Of a stretch of 64,000 bases of DNA, positions 52,367 through 64,000 are shown piece after piece; within the stretch, counting starts at the first letter, position 1; each line of letters opens with the position of its first letter. Source of the stretch: Dudresnaya verticillata (taxonomy: Eukaryota). The stretch lies in contig OZ374557.1 in NCBI GenBank assembly GCA_977862235.1, forward strand, positions 2,480,001 through 2,544,000, in the 5' to 3' direction. Both the position numbers and the translations under genes were made by a program. Below the pieces are notes generated by a model. The model searched no databases and was not told the DNA's origin. It saw only the letters and a list, made by a program, of their open reading frames with translations.

Positions 52367-52908
52367 ATGCACAACATGTATCAAGAGACAAGAGAAGGGA
52401 GGCTGCATTCCGCTCAGGAGAGAAAAGCTACACTACAGGGGGAGATCAGGACCATTCGGGAGACGGTATCGTACTTGTCGCGTGAGCTTCAACGACTAGG
52501 GTGGCCAGTTGTGTGTCAAATCAACCGTCTGCTTGTCTTCATCCAGGAGAAACTTACAGAATCAAGGGTACATATCGCGGCTTTGCAGCTCCACCTTGCC
52601 CGCAGAAAGGAGGAGTCTGAAGTCACGGAACAAGCCTGATGCAGACGGATGACATAAGTCTCGAAGATGTCGAAGCGCAACTCGTTGAGCTTGAAGAAGA
52701 ATTCCAGCAACTTAGGAGCGCTCAGGATGAGCTAAGTCAGCTGGTTGCCCGTCTGAAGCGAGCGGCTCTGCGCATGGTTGGCAGTGTCTTTCGCCGAGTT
52801 CATCGCAGTGTCACATTGGCATTATCGCAGGCAATGTTTGCCCTGGAAACTGTGATCACATCCGTTGAGGCCCAAGCGAGCCCACGATCCTCCCGCTCCG
52901 AATCCTAA
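52367..52908 (+). CDS. Coiled-coil-like ORF pair (right copy)
   Basis: Identical translation to 43414-43955. Confidence 0.4.
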
Positions 52909-53219
52909 AAGACCTGCTCCGAAACCTTTATGGCACGATAACCGACATTAGTAAATCTCTCTGCGCGCACATCACCGCCCGGGCCGTTGTGCGCGCCTTT
53001 CCGCCGTGCCCCTCTACCACACCGAGTCCGCCTCGCTCTGCTCGCCAAAGCCGGTGCTCCGTTCATCTAACTGCAGATTCCCGTACTCGGAGCTTTCCCG
53101 ACACGCCACGGGAGTTGCAAGAGTGCAATGAGGCTGAGAAAAGTCTCTTTCGAATTGTGTTGCACGAGCCCAGAGGTGAGTCTGCCAGTGATTGAAAAGT
53201 ATGATACCTTACAACACTA

Positions 53220-53994
53220 TCAAAAGGCGCCATCCTTCCTGCGGATGATGGACTCAACAACTCTGCAGAACCGAAAGTGAGATCCCCAATTCGTTGCTTG
53301 CCGCAACGCTACAGCATTGATGTCAATGGCGTACGCCTTTGTAAATCCCTAGGATTCCTTCCCTTCGCAAGATGTCACTAGCCACAGCTATGCAGCTCTT
53401 CTGACCACGGCCAACGCCTTTTGTTCTTGTTACTTGAATTGTCTTCATGAACGTACAGAACCCCATTTTGTAGTAGCCTTGGCACACTCCACTACCCATT
53501 CCGCCGATGGCACTAGACGCAAACGTCCCATCCCCACCTATTGTTTGATATTCTTTATCTCATGCTGCGCAAAGATAGGCAGTCTTCCCTTCGTTACCGC
53601 CTCTGTGCAGGCCCACGGCATGAGCCCTTGCCAAAATGCAGAGCTTCCTCAAGACGAGTCTAAACGGCGCAAGGAACCTCTAAGGTTACCTGTTCGGTGA
53701 GCTGCCATTACTGTTTTGATATTTTCATACGGCTGTCCTAGCGCGGACACTTCGAACACCTGCAAAGCCGACCCAATCGCGACCTGAGCAAATAAAATAG
53801 CTCAGCGCATGGGTTGGAGAGTGATTGAACTGGTTCTCCTAGGTTAAGATGACTAAGGTGAGTCCACCAGAAATTCGACAACTTCAAGTCAATACTGCAA
53901 CGTACATATATCTCACACCAACTCACTTCCTCCGGGCTTGCTTGGCTTGTGGGTTCAACATCGCTGATCGTGGTTTACCACAAACATCGGACAT
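53220..53994 (-). pseudogene. Captured YHM2-like carrier fragment (right copy)
   Basis: VAIGSALQVFEVSALGQPYENIKTVMAA, RQATNWGS; intron donor GTACGT. Confidence 0.85.
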
Positions 53995-54139
53995 GGTGAG
54001 TCAGAAACGAGCTGGGCCCACGAAGAAGACAAATCTCGCGTTGAACAGCAATTCGGGATGCCGTCCATTCAAAGAGCATCGACGACGACCATGAACGATG
54101 ATCACTCCTCTCGAAAAAGGGCGCTAACACAGGGCCGTA

Positions 54140-55155
54140 TTCCCCTTGGGATGGTCTGCTCGGCCTTTGTCGCCAGCACTTTAAGTTTTGCTACAACTTG
54201 TGCAATCTCGTCCTCTCCGATAATCACCATGAGGTTAATGCCTTGAGTAATGGCCTGCTTCATCTGCTTTCCCATTGTCCATTCTCATAGAAGCAAAACT
54301 CAATAGAAACCCGGCGCGCCAGCTTTCTGCGGAAAGCCGCCGTCTGGGCTTCATAGCTCCTTTTCCGACCGTCACAACAAGCACATCCATCGTCGTCGCG
54401 CACCTTTCCCTTCCCGTCAACCGACTCCGCTGCCGCCTGTTTCTGCGCAGCCTGGACCATCATATTCACTATTCTTTCAATGCCTAGAGAGCACCCAACA
54501 CACGGTATACTCGACTTACGAAAAATGCCCACCAAATTATCATAGCGACTCCCAGTGCCAATGGAGCCCAAGCTCGTTTTCTTGTCGACCAAGACCGCCT
54601 CGAAAATGACGCGATTGTATTAGTCGAGCCCACGAGCGAGCGGGAGATCAAACGAAAGCCACTGCGGTTGCCCCTCGCGCATGAATGCCACCAAGTTGAA
54701 AAGCTTCTCCATTACATCAATAGCTTCGCCACAGACCTCTGCCAATTCCTCTTGTTCGTGCAAATTCGTTAAGATTTCCAACGGGTCGCCGTTCAGCATA
54801 GCAAACGTTTCGATCTTGTCGGCGGCGGCTTCATCCAGTCCCTCATCCACAACCATCTCCTTGAAATTCTCCCAGCTCTCTTTGTCAAGCTTGTCGACCG
54901 CAGAGAAGATGGTCCGAAGCTTTTCGTCCGGTAGGCCACACACGCGGAAGATGGCATCCATGATGACCATGTTGCTGACCTTGATGTTGTAGCTCCTGAT
55001 GCTCTAGAGAAGCTTTTCGTGGAACTTGCCCTGACTAGCAAGTGTGTCGAACATCTGTATCATCACAACGAGCACGTCTGCATCCGGGACCATGGAGGGG
55101 TATTTGTCAGCGATGTCAAAGTCGCACTGATAGAAGTCGCTATTTCCACGCAGCC
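54140..55155 (-). pseudogene. Captured histidyl-tRNA synthetase fragment (motif 2 to anticodon-binding domain)
   Basis: [58 protein letters not shown]. Confidence 0.9.
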
Positions 55156-55159
55156 GAGA

Positions 55160-55586
55160 AAATTGCTCGCCTTGCGCTCCACTGTTTGCTGCCCAGACGC
55201 CGAGCCATTCCCAACAGGACCATTCGTACTGCTGCCAGAGGAGGTCGCAGCGCTGGGCGCGTTGTTCACATCACGTACGTAGCTATGCAACCCTACCACA
55301 CCAGTGCCAAGTCCTGATTGCGGAGATATGTGATACAACACATCCAACGCAAAATCTCACAGCAACCGCTTCGCATCTTGCCCTGCGCTGCCGATGTGAT
55401 ACCGGTCGGGTACACTTAGAGATGCGTCCCACGCCACTGCACTGAACCAAGACGTATGCTTCTCTAACCACGCAACCAGCCGCTCCTCTGAAAGGCACCA
55501 GATCGAAACCAGACCATCTTCACCGCTCGTGGCGACATGCTTTCCATCTGGACTGCACGCAACGCATAAAAGGCCCCAATGTAGCT
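55160..55586 (-). pseudogene. Captured WDR20/DMWD/CreC-like WD40 fragment (downstream piece)
   Basis: GLLCVACSPDGKHVATSGEDGLVSIW...HTSWFSAVAWD...YHIGSAGQDAKRLL*D. Confidence 0.82.
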
Positions 55587-56597
55587 TCGGGGGCGTGGTG
55601 CGGCAGTGCGACGGGAAGCACAGTAGTTGTGCGGGTCGGTGGGGTGCGGTGGAGCGCGACCTGGCGCCAGTCGCGGGGGGCGGGCGGGAGGGGGTTGTAG
55701 AGAAACGCGGCGGTTCGGTTGCGATTGCGTTTGGGAGGGTGCTGGCCAGCAACCGGACGGGTGGAGCGACCCAGGTGTTCCGAAAGAAAAGTCCGAGAAG
55801 GGAATCAGCGATAAATCTCGTGGAAAAAATCCTGGAGAGTTATGCCGCACGACCTGAAAAGCTATCTTGCATTCTCCATAATATGGAATAGGTCCTGGGG
55901 TCGAGCAATCGTAGTTTCTATCAAAAAGGTGTTTGGCCCGAGGCAATCGCAAAACCTATAACAGCTTTTCGACCAGTGAGATTCAAAAAGCTATTAAACA
56001 GCACATGAGCACTCATGTTTCGGAAAACCTATCATAGGTTTTCAGATCTCGTACAGTGTATGTGCTGTTTAATAGAAATTTACGGGCGGCTTTCCGAAAA
56101 GCTGTTGGTCATTCTCCATAATATTGGATAGGTTTTCACGCGATTGCAGTAATTTCAGAACTGCGGGCACTCGTCCCGCGATGAGACGCAAGTTTATTGC
56201 TCGAGTGCACCTACCTGCAAATCGAAGCTCTCGATATTCTCACAGTGCTGTGACCCGACCCGCCTCGCTACTACTACTCTACCGGGCCGTGGATGCATCA
56301 TTCCTCTAGATGCTTTTTGGCAGATCTTCCATGCCGCTCGACCTTCATCCCATGCTCTGCAACAGCTACAATTCGATGGAACTCTGCAGATCCGACATTG
56401 TGAAAGAGAAGTTGCTGCAGAAATGGGACCGAGTGATGATGCAACTTTTGCGCTGTGGACTTCTACTGGGATAGCGCTGTCGGTGGCAGTACATGCTCTC
56501 CAGCGAGGAGTAGCATGTGATTATGGCTTACGATATTGCGCTATGGCGTAGGAAACTAGTGAAGAGAACAATTATTATGCTCAACTCTGCTTTACCC

Positions 56598-59532
56598 TCA
56601 TTTCTGGTTCCACCGCTCCTGGGCTTTCATCGGATGGATATCCCATGCAAAAAATCCGTCTAGCTCACTTAGAACCGTGGAAGGGCGGCCGTTCGGGACA
56701 TGAAAGTTATACGGATATGCTGAGGTGGCAAAGTATGAATCACATTCGAAGGCGTACACCGCAATGAGTTCCTGTCCTGGCTTCTCGTATTCCGACAGGG
56801 GTTTCAGATTAATCTGCTTGCGAACGTTTTCATCAGAACTTGCCCCGAATTGGACTTTTGCCTTCCCAACAGCGTTCTTCCCAACGTACAGAACAACGGC
56901 ATCGCCGCCAGTAATACAATCCGAATTTTTCTTCACCTCATTTCTGAGCAGTTTCTGTTGCGGGTTTTCCACATCCGCTCCCTGGTCTTCTCCCAGGGCC
57001 TCTTCCGCTGTACCATGGCACAGTGGTGTTCCTTCCATTCCTTCCGACAACTTGCGATGATCACTTGCTATCCTTTTCAGGCGTGCAACTGCAAGCCTGT
57101 ATGTCTGTAGGCTCTGCTCTATACAGGTGCATTTCCTACCAGTCTGCACGGCTGCAATTGCAGCTGTCATCGTTCCAGCATACATGTCCAAAATGGCCCC
57201 CCCTCAGGGCAGAAAGTTGTCAACAATTCTACCAACAGCTGAACATTCTTCTCCCCAGTAAGCACCGGGGATTTTGTACCCGGTTTAAGGAGCTTCTTCT
57301 TAGAAACGGGAATTTGAGATATGCACGCAAACTTTCTCTTTTCCGAAGCCTTCAATAATTGATATGGGCTTCGAAGCTCCACTTTAAATCCGTTGGGGTG
57401 TTGTCCTGGGGCTCTTCCCATGACGGCAATTTCGTGGTCATTTTGGGACAGTCACTTTCTCGCCTCTCCTGCACCGTGTGTGTATCCTTTGCAATCGAAA
57501 AGGCGTACGTTGGGCAAGTGAAACGGGCCTTCAGAAGAACCTACCTTATAGGTTCGAATGTCTGGTAGGACACGAACATGAACACCCACCCTCCCGGTAT
57601 AACGGATTCCCTGCACATTCCTGCAAGCTCGGATATTTCAGAATCACTCATATAGTTGTCGTACTGTTTCCCTGCACCAGACTGTGATGCAGGCGTTCCA
57701 TACGGTGTGTCGGTAAGAACTATGTCGTATAGGTCACCAACACCCTCGCGAATATTCTTATTGTATACCGGCCACCGCATCTGATGGCAGTTTATTCTAT
57801 ACGCCTTCAAGATATCAGCTTGCAAATGGTCGTCAGGTCCGTTCTTGTCCCCACGTACAGCCAGCCTCTCCGACTTTTCCGTGCTCACCGTCACAGCAGA
57901 TTTTATAGCCGATCCCTGCACATCTCCTGCATCATGATTGTGATGGTCTCCGGTAGAACCGAGGTCTCGACTGTAAGGTAACGAATCTACGTTCACAGAA
58001 GGAGAGGGAACGTCATCGTATTCGATCTGTCCGTCAGAGGGATGGTCCTTGTTTCCAGCAGTTGTTACCTGATCGGAATTGACCCCCCTGAATCTTGCAC
58101 TCCAGTCGTAATCTCATTCACACACTCCCGGTCCAAATTTTTCTCTTCATCGCACTCCTTTCTGTTCCTTTCTCTAACAGAATGGTACTTGTGAATCTTC
58201 AGGGGTGCTTCTTCCGGACAACAGTCCTTGTACATATCCCGAATGCATTGCAAACTCAATGTGTCGTTGCCCCTGTTAAGCATGATATCGCCATCAAACT
58301 TTTGGGATCGCGGAAGCTTTGTCCGCATCGTGTCGATGGGACCCGGTCAGTCCTCAGATTCACGAAGGCCTTCGAATTTGCGAACCTCTGCTAGCGCATC
58401 TTTAGCCTTCCCGAACTCTGATTTGGTGACCCCGTAAAGAAAGGGCCTGAACCCGTTCCTCCTGCATACTTCTCGAATGCGATAGAGTGTCGAGACCTGG
58501 ACTTCCACACCCTCATCATGTACCACGCCACTCATTTTGGCCCCCGCGCATGAACTCTGTGGCATCCTTCAGTGCGTGCAGAGTAATAAACTTCCGGAAA
58601 ACCCGGCAGTCCATCGACGACATTAGGGCATCGTCTGCTATTGATTTAGCAGTTCTTCCATTTCGTGAAGCCAATGCAAGCTGCGGTATTTCTTCCCCCA
58701 TTATCTCCCCTATCGCATCGATGACACGATGACTTTGTCGGAGAGCTACTTGCGCTGTCTGCCTCACTGTGTTCTCGGGCATATGAACACCCCCATCGTA
58801 GGCGGACGCAACCGCTTTTGCTGTCGGCTTGATACCATTTCCCTCCGCTTGAAGGCAATCAGCCTCATCTTTCAGACCCTTCAATGTGCTATACAGGGTA
58901 GTTTCCACGAAGCAGTTTGCCTCGTGCTTACGATTCTGATGTCTAGCGAATTGCTTCAGGACCACCAGGTCGGCCCGCGGGTTCAGCTCCAGCACAGGCC
59001 AGTCAAAGGTTTTCCACTGGTTGTAGTTTTCTTCAAGCAGCTCACTAATAGCTGCCAATCTATGCATGCCATCAACTACTCCGTACCATTTCCCCCTCGA
59101 TTTCACAATGTCCTGAACTTCTTTCTCGGAACGACGCGTGTAGTCCTTCCTTGTTTGTGACCTGAAATAATCGGACACACGGCTTCTCAATGCCCCTGTC
59201 AATGGCACAACGACAGGCGTATCACTACCAGCCACGTAACCGATAGAGTCCGGAGCTCCTTCCACGGGAGACTTCAATGTCCCTGAACTGTACCAGTCGA
59301 TCCCCCGGAAAATGCGCTTCAATCGCTCGACGCCCGATCTGCAGATCGGGCGGACGTAGGTCAACGGGACACATGAACGAGGGTCGACGCGCTTGTGCGT
59401 AGCTCCATTAACGACATCTCCGAACAGAACTCTATCATTCCCAGATGATACAGGCGCTTTTACGTCTGCTGAGGTCTGTCCTGTGTTGGATACAGACCTC
59501 ACCGCCACTCCCTTCTTCTTTTTCGGTGGCAT
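56598..59532 (-). pseudogene. ParB-like domain fused to beta-class N6A/N4C DNA methyltransferase (right copy, disrupted)
   Basis: MPPKKKKG; WYGVVDGMHRLAAI; DIVLTDTPYG; LDMYAGTMTAAIAAVQTGRKCTCIE. Confidence 0.82.
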
Positions 59533-59937
59533 ATTTCTCAGGCTATCGTGTGCACCGGTAACCCGACGTTCTGGATGGGATGTCTGAATGAATTCTGACT
59601 ACTGCCTCTGTCGGACACAGCTTTCCGCCCTTGCTCCATACATGCATGTACAACGTTTCCCACTGCATGAGAGAAAGAATGTGCATTAAATTAAAACTAT
59701 GTGACTCAGCCGCTGTCATTGACCTCATCTGCTTGTGCATGGATTCCGCTCATACCAATCGTGGACAGATACATGCTGCAGTCTCGGTACTAAACTCTCC
59801 AGTCTCAGGACTGCGAAATCCGACCAGGATGTAACTACTATGAGGGGTCTGCAGTACAAGAGAGATCCGGGCTGCAGTCCGTACAAGTAGTCCTATGCTA
59901 CCCAAAAAACGGGCTGCGAGATATTCACGACCAAGCC

Positions 59938-60810
59938 ATGCGCATGGTTGCGAGTTGCAGGTCATACGATTGTATAGGTATAGTAATTTGTATTGAGCTC
60001 CTATTCACACTCAAGGTTAGACCACGCGTTGGCGCCAACTCGGCACCAACCGAAACTGTCTCGGGTGACTATGGTGACACTGCGTATCTTGATGCCTCTC
60101 TGTACATTTGTGCAGAAATGCCTGCACCCGTAAAGTCGGACTCTCCACCCTTTTGTCCACAAATCATGAGCGCTGGAATCTCGAAACCAGGCGTTTCACA
60201 GCCACCCGTACTCATTCTAGCGAATGCCCAGAGGTTGCACCTATTCCGTGGAGTACTACTGTTAAAAATGTCGTCGCACAATGCTTCTGGAGGGAGAGAA
60301 GAAGTCGACAACTTACAAGGCGAGACCCTGAACCTACACGATTTTAAGAACTCGGGAGGAGAGAGCTTAAAGGATGCAGTCGAGCGTATGGGAGAGGAGA
60401 GGCTTGTGGGTATAGTCAGTCGGGCAAGACAGCGTCAGATGCGTATCGTCGGGTTGGAAGAGCTAGGAATACGTCTCTATGACATGTCTTTTTTCAAAGC
60501 GTTTCATGAAAGGGTGTACGGCGTCAGCGGAATTGAAAGTGCAGACCTCTCTGTCTCTCAGCAGTACTTCGACGGAAACTATAAGTTCAATTACAGAGGA
60601 AAGAAATTTTATGAGCGGCGGAGGATAGAAAGGCTGACTCTGCTGGACCTATGGAAGGGCCCTCACTGCGGATGTATGGATGGTGAGGGAGATAAGTCCG
60701 AGGAAAATCCGCGGCGCCTAGCGAACCTGATTAGACGTAGCACCGGGTGCTGCGTTCATGTGCCATTCTTGAAGAAAAGGATACAAGACCTGAAAGAAGC
60801 ATCGGAGTGA
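59938..60810 (+). CDS. Orphan ORF (right copy of 35944-36708)
   Basis: Open frame conserved in both arms; true start probably internal. Confidence 0.55.
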   Translation: MRMVASCRSYDCIGIVICIELLFTLKVRPRVGANSAPTETVSGDYGDTAYLDASLYICAEMPAPVKSDSPPFCPQIMSAGISKPGVSQPPVLILANAQRLHLFRGVLLLKMSSHNASGGREEVDNLQGETLNLHDFKNSGGESLKDAVERMGEERLVGIVSRARQRQMRIVGLEELGIRLYDMSFFKAFHERVYGVSGIESADLSVSQQYFDGNYKFNYRGKKFYERRRIERLTLLDLWKGPHCGCMDGEGDKSEENPRRLANLIRRSTGCCVHVPFLKKRIQDLKEASE

Positions 60811-62621
60811 TGGCGTTAGCCAACAGTTTGATAAAGTTCTATTTCCTGTGTCCTAATAGTGGGAGTATACAACCTAACCATTTGTGACTACTATCACATT
60901 CATTATTTCACTGCTCCTGTAATATAACGACTGCGTTCATCATACGGAACAGTATAGGACAATTTTGTTTCATGGGGACGAGTACGTCTACTACTTGGAC
61001 GACAGTCTCTGGATCCTCTGACGGATTAAAGCAGGGTGACGGGATCAGTTTCTGTACTAGCATCGTCGTACTGTGGATCAATTTCCGTCGTCTTCGTAAC
61101 AGTCTGATTAGTATATTACGTCATTAGTCAGGTGACATCATAATGTACGCATGGTATTGAGCTGTGCAGATAAACCCGGAACGACCCCTGATGATTCAGC
61201 AGACACTCCCTGCTATAAAAGTAATTCGCGAGGGCCTCAGCGCCATCGGTGGCCATGGTGTTCAGTAGGAACCGTACAGGCATAACGTTAATACGGTCAA
61301 GCGTTTCGACCCCTATTTGTCCCTAAGAGACCCCGCTCCGTTAAAACCGTACAGTGGCGTAACTGCGCATAGTATTCCATTTTCTAACCCGTGTCCGTCA
61401 TCCAACAACATCCGTAATACTATAATAACGCGTGCGTCAGACACAGAGCACTTCCCGACAATACAACATCGCAACTGTTGCGGTCAGTTTGCTCTTCGTT
61501 CTAACTGTAACATTCTTGAGCAGAAAAATCGTGGACATGGATTTACTGGTCATATAAAACATAGTTGCTGCAGCAAGGATACTGCTGCATGTTGCACAAA
61601 GCGCTCCTCGTCTATGCAACCAAACATTTCACCAACCATGTCTATTGTTAGCGTGGATCGCGACGGGGCACCATTCGATGGAAAATGCCAGGACGAGTCA
61701 ATTGAGGATCGCCTTGATGCCATGTTCAAAACACTTGACGGGAGTTTGTCCATGAAGATGGCCCGAAAGTCGAGGCAGTGAGCTCACGAAGCTTTGAGTG
61801 AGTCAGGCATCGAACTGGCCGAGGGCAGGGACAGTGAAGCTTTTCAACGTTTCTGCCAGAATCTGTCGCAAGCTGAAGCGCGAAACCACAGACACGAGAC
61901 AAGGCGTCTTAGCGAATTATATCGCCTACTACGCCGAAAAGTCCGAATGGTGAAGGAGGGAAGCTATGCAGGGGAAATGCTCTGTTACTGGAATCTTATA
62001 TATTTGAGACAGTCCACGGGGCTGGAGAAGAGGTTTTTCATTTGGACCGGTTCTGCCGTCTATTACTCAAGACCAGATATGTAGAGATGAATGAAAACAC
62101 CGCAAGGGAGATGCGGTTGCTGCAAGTCAGGCATCTCACAGTTCAGGTCAACAATTTGACTCTAATGTACGAATGAGGCGCTCCGTGAAGGTATTAGCAG
62201 CAGTAGTACTACTACCGCAAAGAAGAAAAGGTAATAACGATTGGGTAGTCTGTGGTTTCCTTGCTTTGAGAGCTCAGGGGTTCTTTTCCTCTTCCCATAC
62301 ATTAAAGACTGCAAGAAAACCGCTGGCACTGCATTGTCCAACTTTTACCCAGCAACAGGTACCTTCATCCCCAGAAGTAAACTGTGACGACATCCGCGTG
62401 ACATACGAGCATTCCAAAATACTTCGAGAGGAGGTCCAACAAATGCAACGTATGGTGCCAGGTGCACAGATCGAGGAATTGGTGCCATGACATATTGCCT
62501 TTTGTGAACGTCACAGCGAATAACAGGACTTGGACTTTTCCATGTAGATGAGCAGAAAAGCATTTCCATTACTGTCGACATTTATCTCTTGAATTGACGC
62601 GCCCAACCCCTGCTGAGATAC

Positions 62622-62999
62622 TTGTTCCAACTCCACCCGGTGATCGGCTTTGTCTGCGACAGTCCACAGTCTATAGAATTAAAGATGGAAGTCGACCTGC
62701 ATCCCCCATCACAGCCAACACCTACCATGACCCGCAACGCAATCCGACAAGCATACGAACAAGTGGTACTACTTCGCATCGATGTGCGCGCCCAGCGCGA
62801 CATCGTGAAGGACTGTTTAAGGGAGGCTCGCGAGTGCATGGAGGAATTCAAATTCCTCATGCACTGCTACCGCCACTTGAGGCGGGAAGCGACGGCGGTT
62901 AGGACAGCTGTCGCCAGAGCTGTGCGCTCGGTATGCGCGGAGCTGTGGAGCTGCACAAACCCCTTAAGCAGCGAAGATGAAGAGGAGTTAATAGTGTAG
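62622..62999 (+). CDS. Small helical orphan ORF (right copy)
   Basis: Mate of 33762-34133. Confidence 0.4.
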   Translation: MFQLHPVIGFVCDSPQSIELKMEVDLHPPSQPTPTMTRNAIRQAYEQVVLLRIDVRAQRDIVKDCLREARECMEEFKFLMHCYRHLRREATAVRTAVARAVRSVCAELWSCTNPLSSEDEEELIV

Positions 63000-63100
63000 T
63001 GAGAATGTCAAGTGATAGCAATGAATAGATAGAGTAGAAAAAGGGGTTGAGTAAATTTACTGAGGCTGATGAACTCTTTTATGAACGCACTTCCCGCTTG

Positions 63101-64000
63101 GCAAGCAGGAGGCTGGAAAATGGCTATGTTACAGCAATACGGAACCGCGAGGAAGACGGCCGTAGACGGTGTCGTGTTGGGAGGAGGATGTGATATTAAA
63201 CGTTATAGGACGGTTTTGAGTGCACCGGCATCGGCAACAAAAGGCCTATGAGACAGCACACTATCGCATGGGAAGGAGGAACAACGACTGTATATCTTCA
63301 ATGCGTGCTATTGGGTTGAAGGGGCGGAGTCGGGAGGCTGACTGCGTTGAAAGCCAACGGCGGCGAATTTCTTGAATGCTCTGGGAGACATCACGTCGCA
63401 TGGCCGAGGTGGGGGCAGGCTGGTCCAGCAGTGCCAGTGTTGTGGAATCGATTCGGACGCGTGCGTCGAGAGCGGGATCGGGGGGTGGGATCGGGAATGT
63501 ACCCAGATGCCAGCGGACTGCGAGATGGCGGTGAGCGGACACAGGTAGTTCCAGAGTGGGAGCAAGGCGGTCAGACGTATAAACAGGAGCAGGTCGTCGC
63601 CCTTGGAGGTAAAGGCGCCAGCGTAGCAGATGCAGGGCGTGCCGCGCAGCTGCAGACTTGGGGCAGGCAACGGCGCTACGAAGCGAGTGGTCAGGTGAGC
63701 GCGAGAGGGCATCTAGGGTCGTGCGGGAAGCCCAGGAGAGCTTAGGGGAGTGGGAAGATGAGAGCTGCCGTAAGCGCAGTACCAACATTCTCTGTAGATC
63801 GGGCCGTCTGTCGCCGGGGTGGACGATGCTGAACAGGGCACGCAGCTTCGATAAACGACGCCGCGGCATGGACTCGGACCGTTGCCCTATGGCAGTGCGG
63901 AGTTAGCAAGATTCAGCGTCCCCGATGTGTTGTAGGGCGAGGGCGTCGAGTGGAGAGACGGCGAGGGCATACTCGTAGACGGGTCGCAAGAACAAGCGAA
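63101..64000 (-). mobile_element. Probable non-LTR retrotransposon (LINE-like) ORF fragment C-terminal to RT
   Basis: Minus strand at the window end reads RLFLRPVYEYALAV (cf. the LINE thumb motif RPxLEYA), followed by Arg/Leu-rich ORF 63261-63869. Begins where arm homology ends. Confidence 0.5.

Larger units (their letters stand above)
47078..63100 (-). mobile_element. Large DNA transposon, right copy (3' end present, 5' part cut at 63100)
   Basis: Putative TIR at 47078-47098, complete transposase region, same cargo in mirror order. Homology to the left arm ends at TTCCCGCTTG, 63100. Confidence 0.78.

Noticed and set aside
54140..55155. Functional HisRS gene
   Set aside because: Lacks the N-terminal part and has stops and frameshifts in both arms.
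33661..63100. Whole palindrome as an assembly fold-back artefact
   Set aside because: Outer arms differ by many substitutions, indels and arm-specific cargo, and a unique ~2.2-kb centre carries the transposase 3' half and an end motif.

Overview
Eukaryotic, intron-poor, transposon-dominated window. Red-algal-like composition is an inference only. Left half: two oppositely oriented copies of a chromodomain-bearing Ty3/Gypsy LTR retrotransposon. Copy A (1-9004, minus, partial) is inserted into a pogo/Fot1-like transposase remnant. Copy B (17495-30734, plus) is complete, with both LTRs, a GTTCC target duplication, PBS, PPT and a large antisense extra ORF. Between them lies a small host island with an EMC1-like gene. 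Right half (31538-63100): two tail-to-tail copies of an apparently large (about 17-18 kb reconstructed) DNA transposon, forming an imperfect palindrome centred near 48160. Its putative end is CACGACTGGTACTGCTTGGCC. It encodes a Cys-rich Sola-like DDD transposase and an NLS-ParB-like/beta-class N6A/N4C DNA methyltransferase fusion. It also carries several orphan ORFs and captured fragments of host WDR20-like, HisRS and YHM2-like genes, one retaining an intron. A LINE-like RT fragment truncates the right copy at 63100. Most element ORFs are decayed. All protein assignments come from motif recognition by eye; no database search was run.
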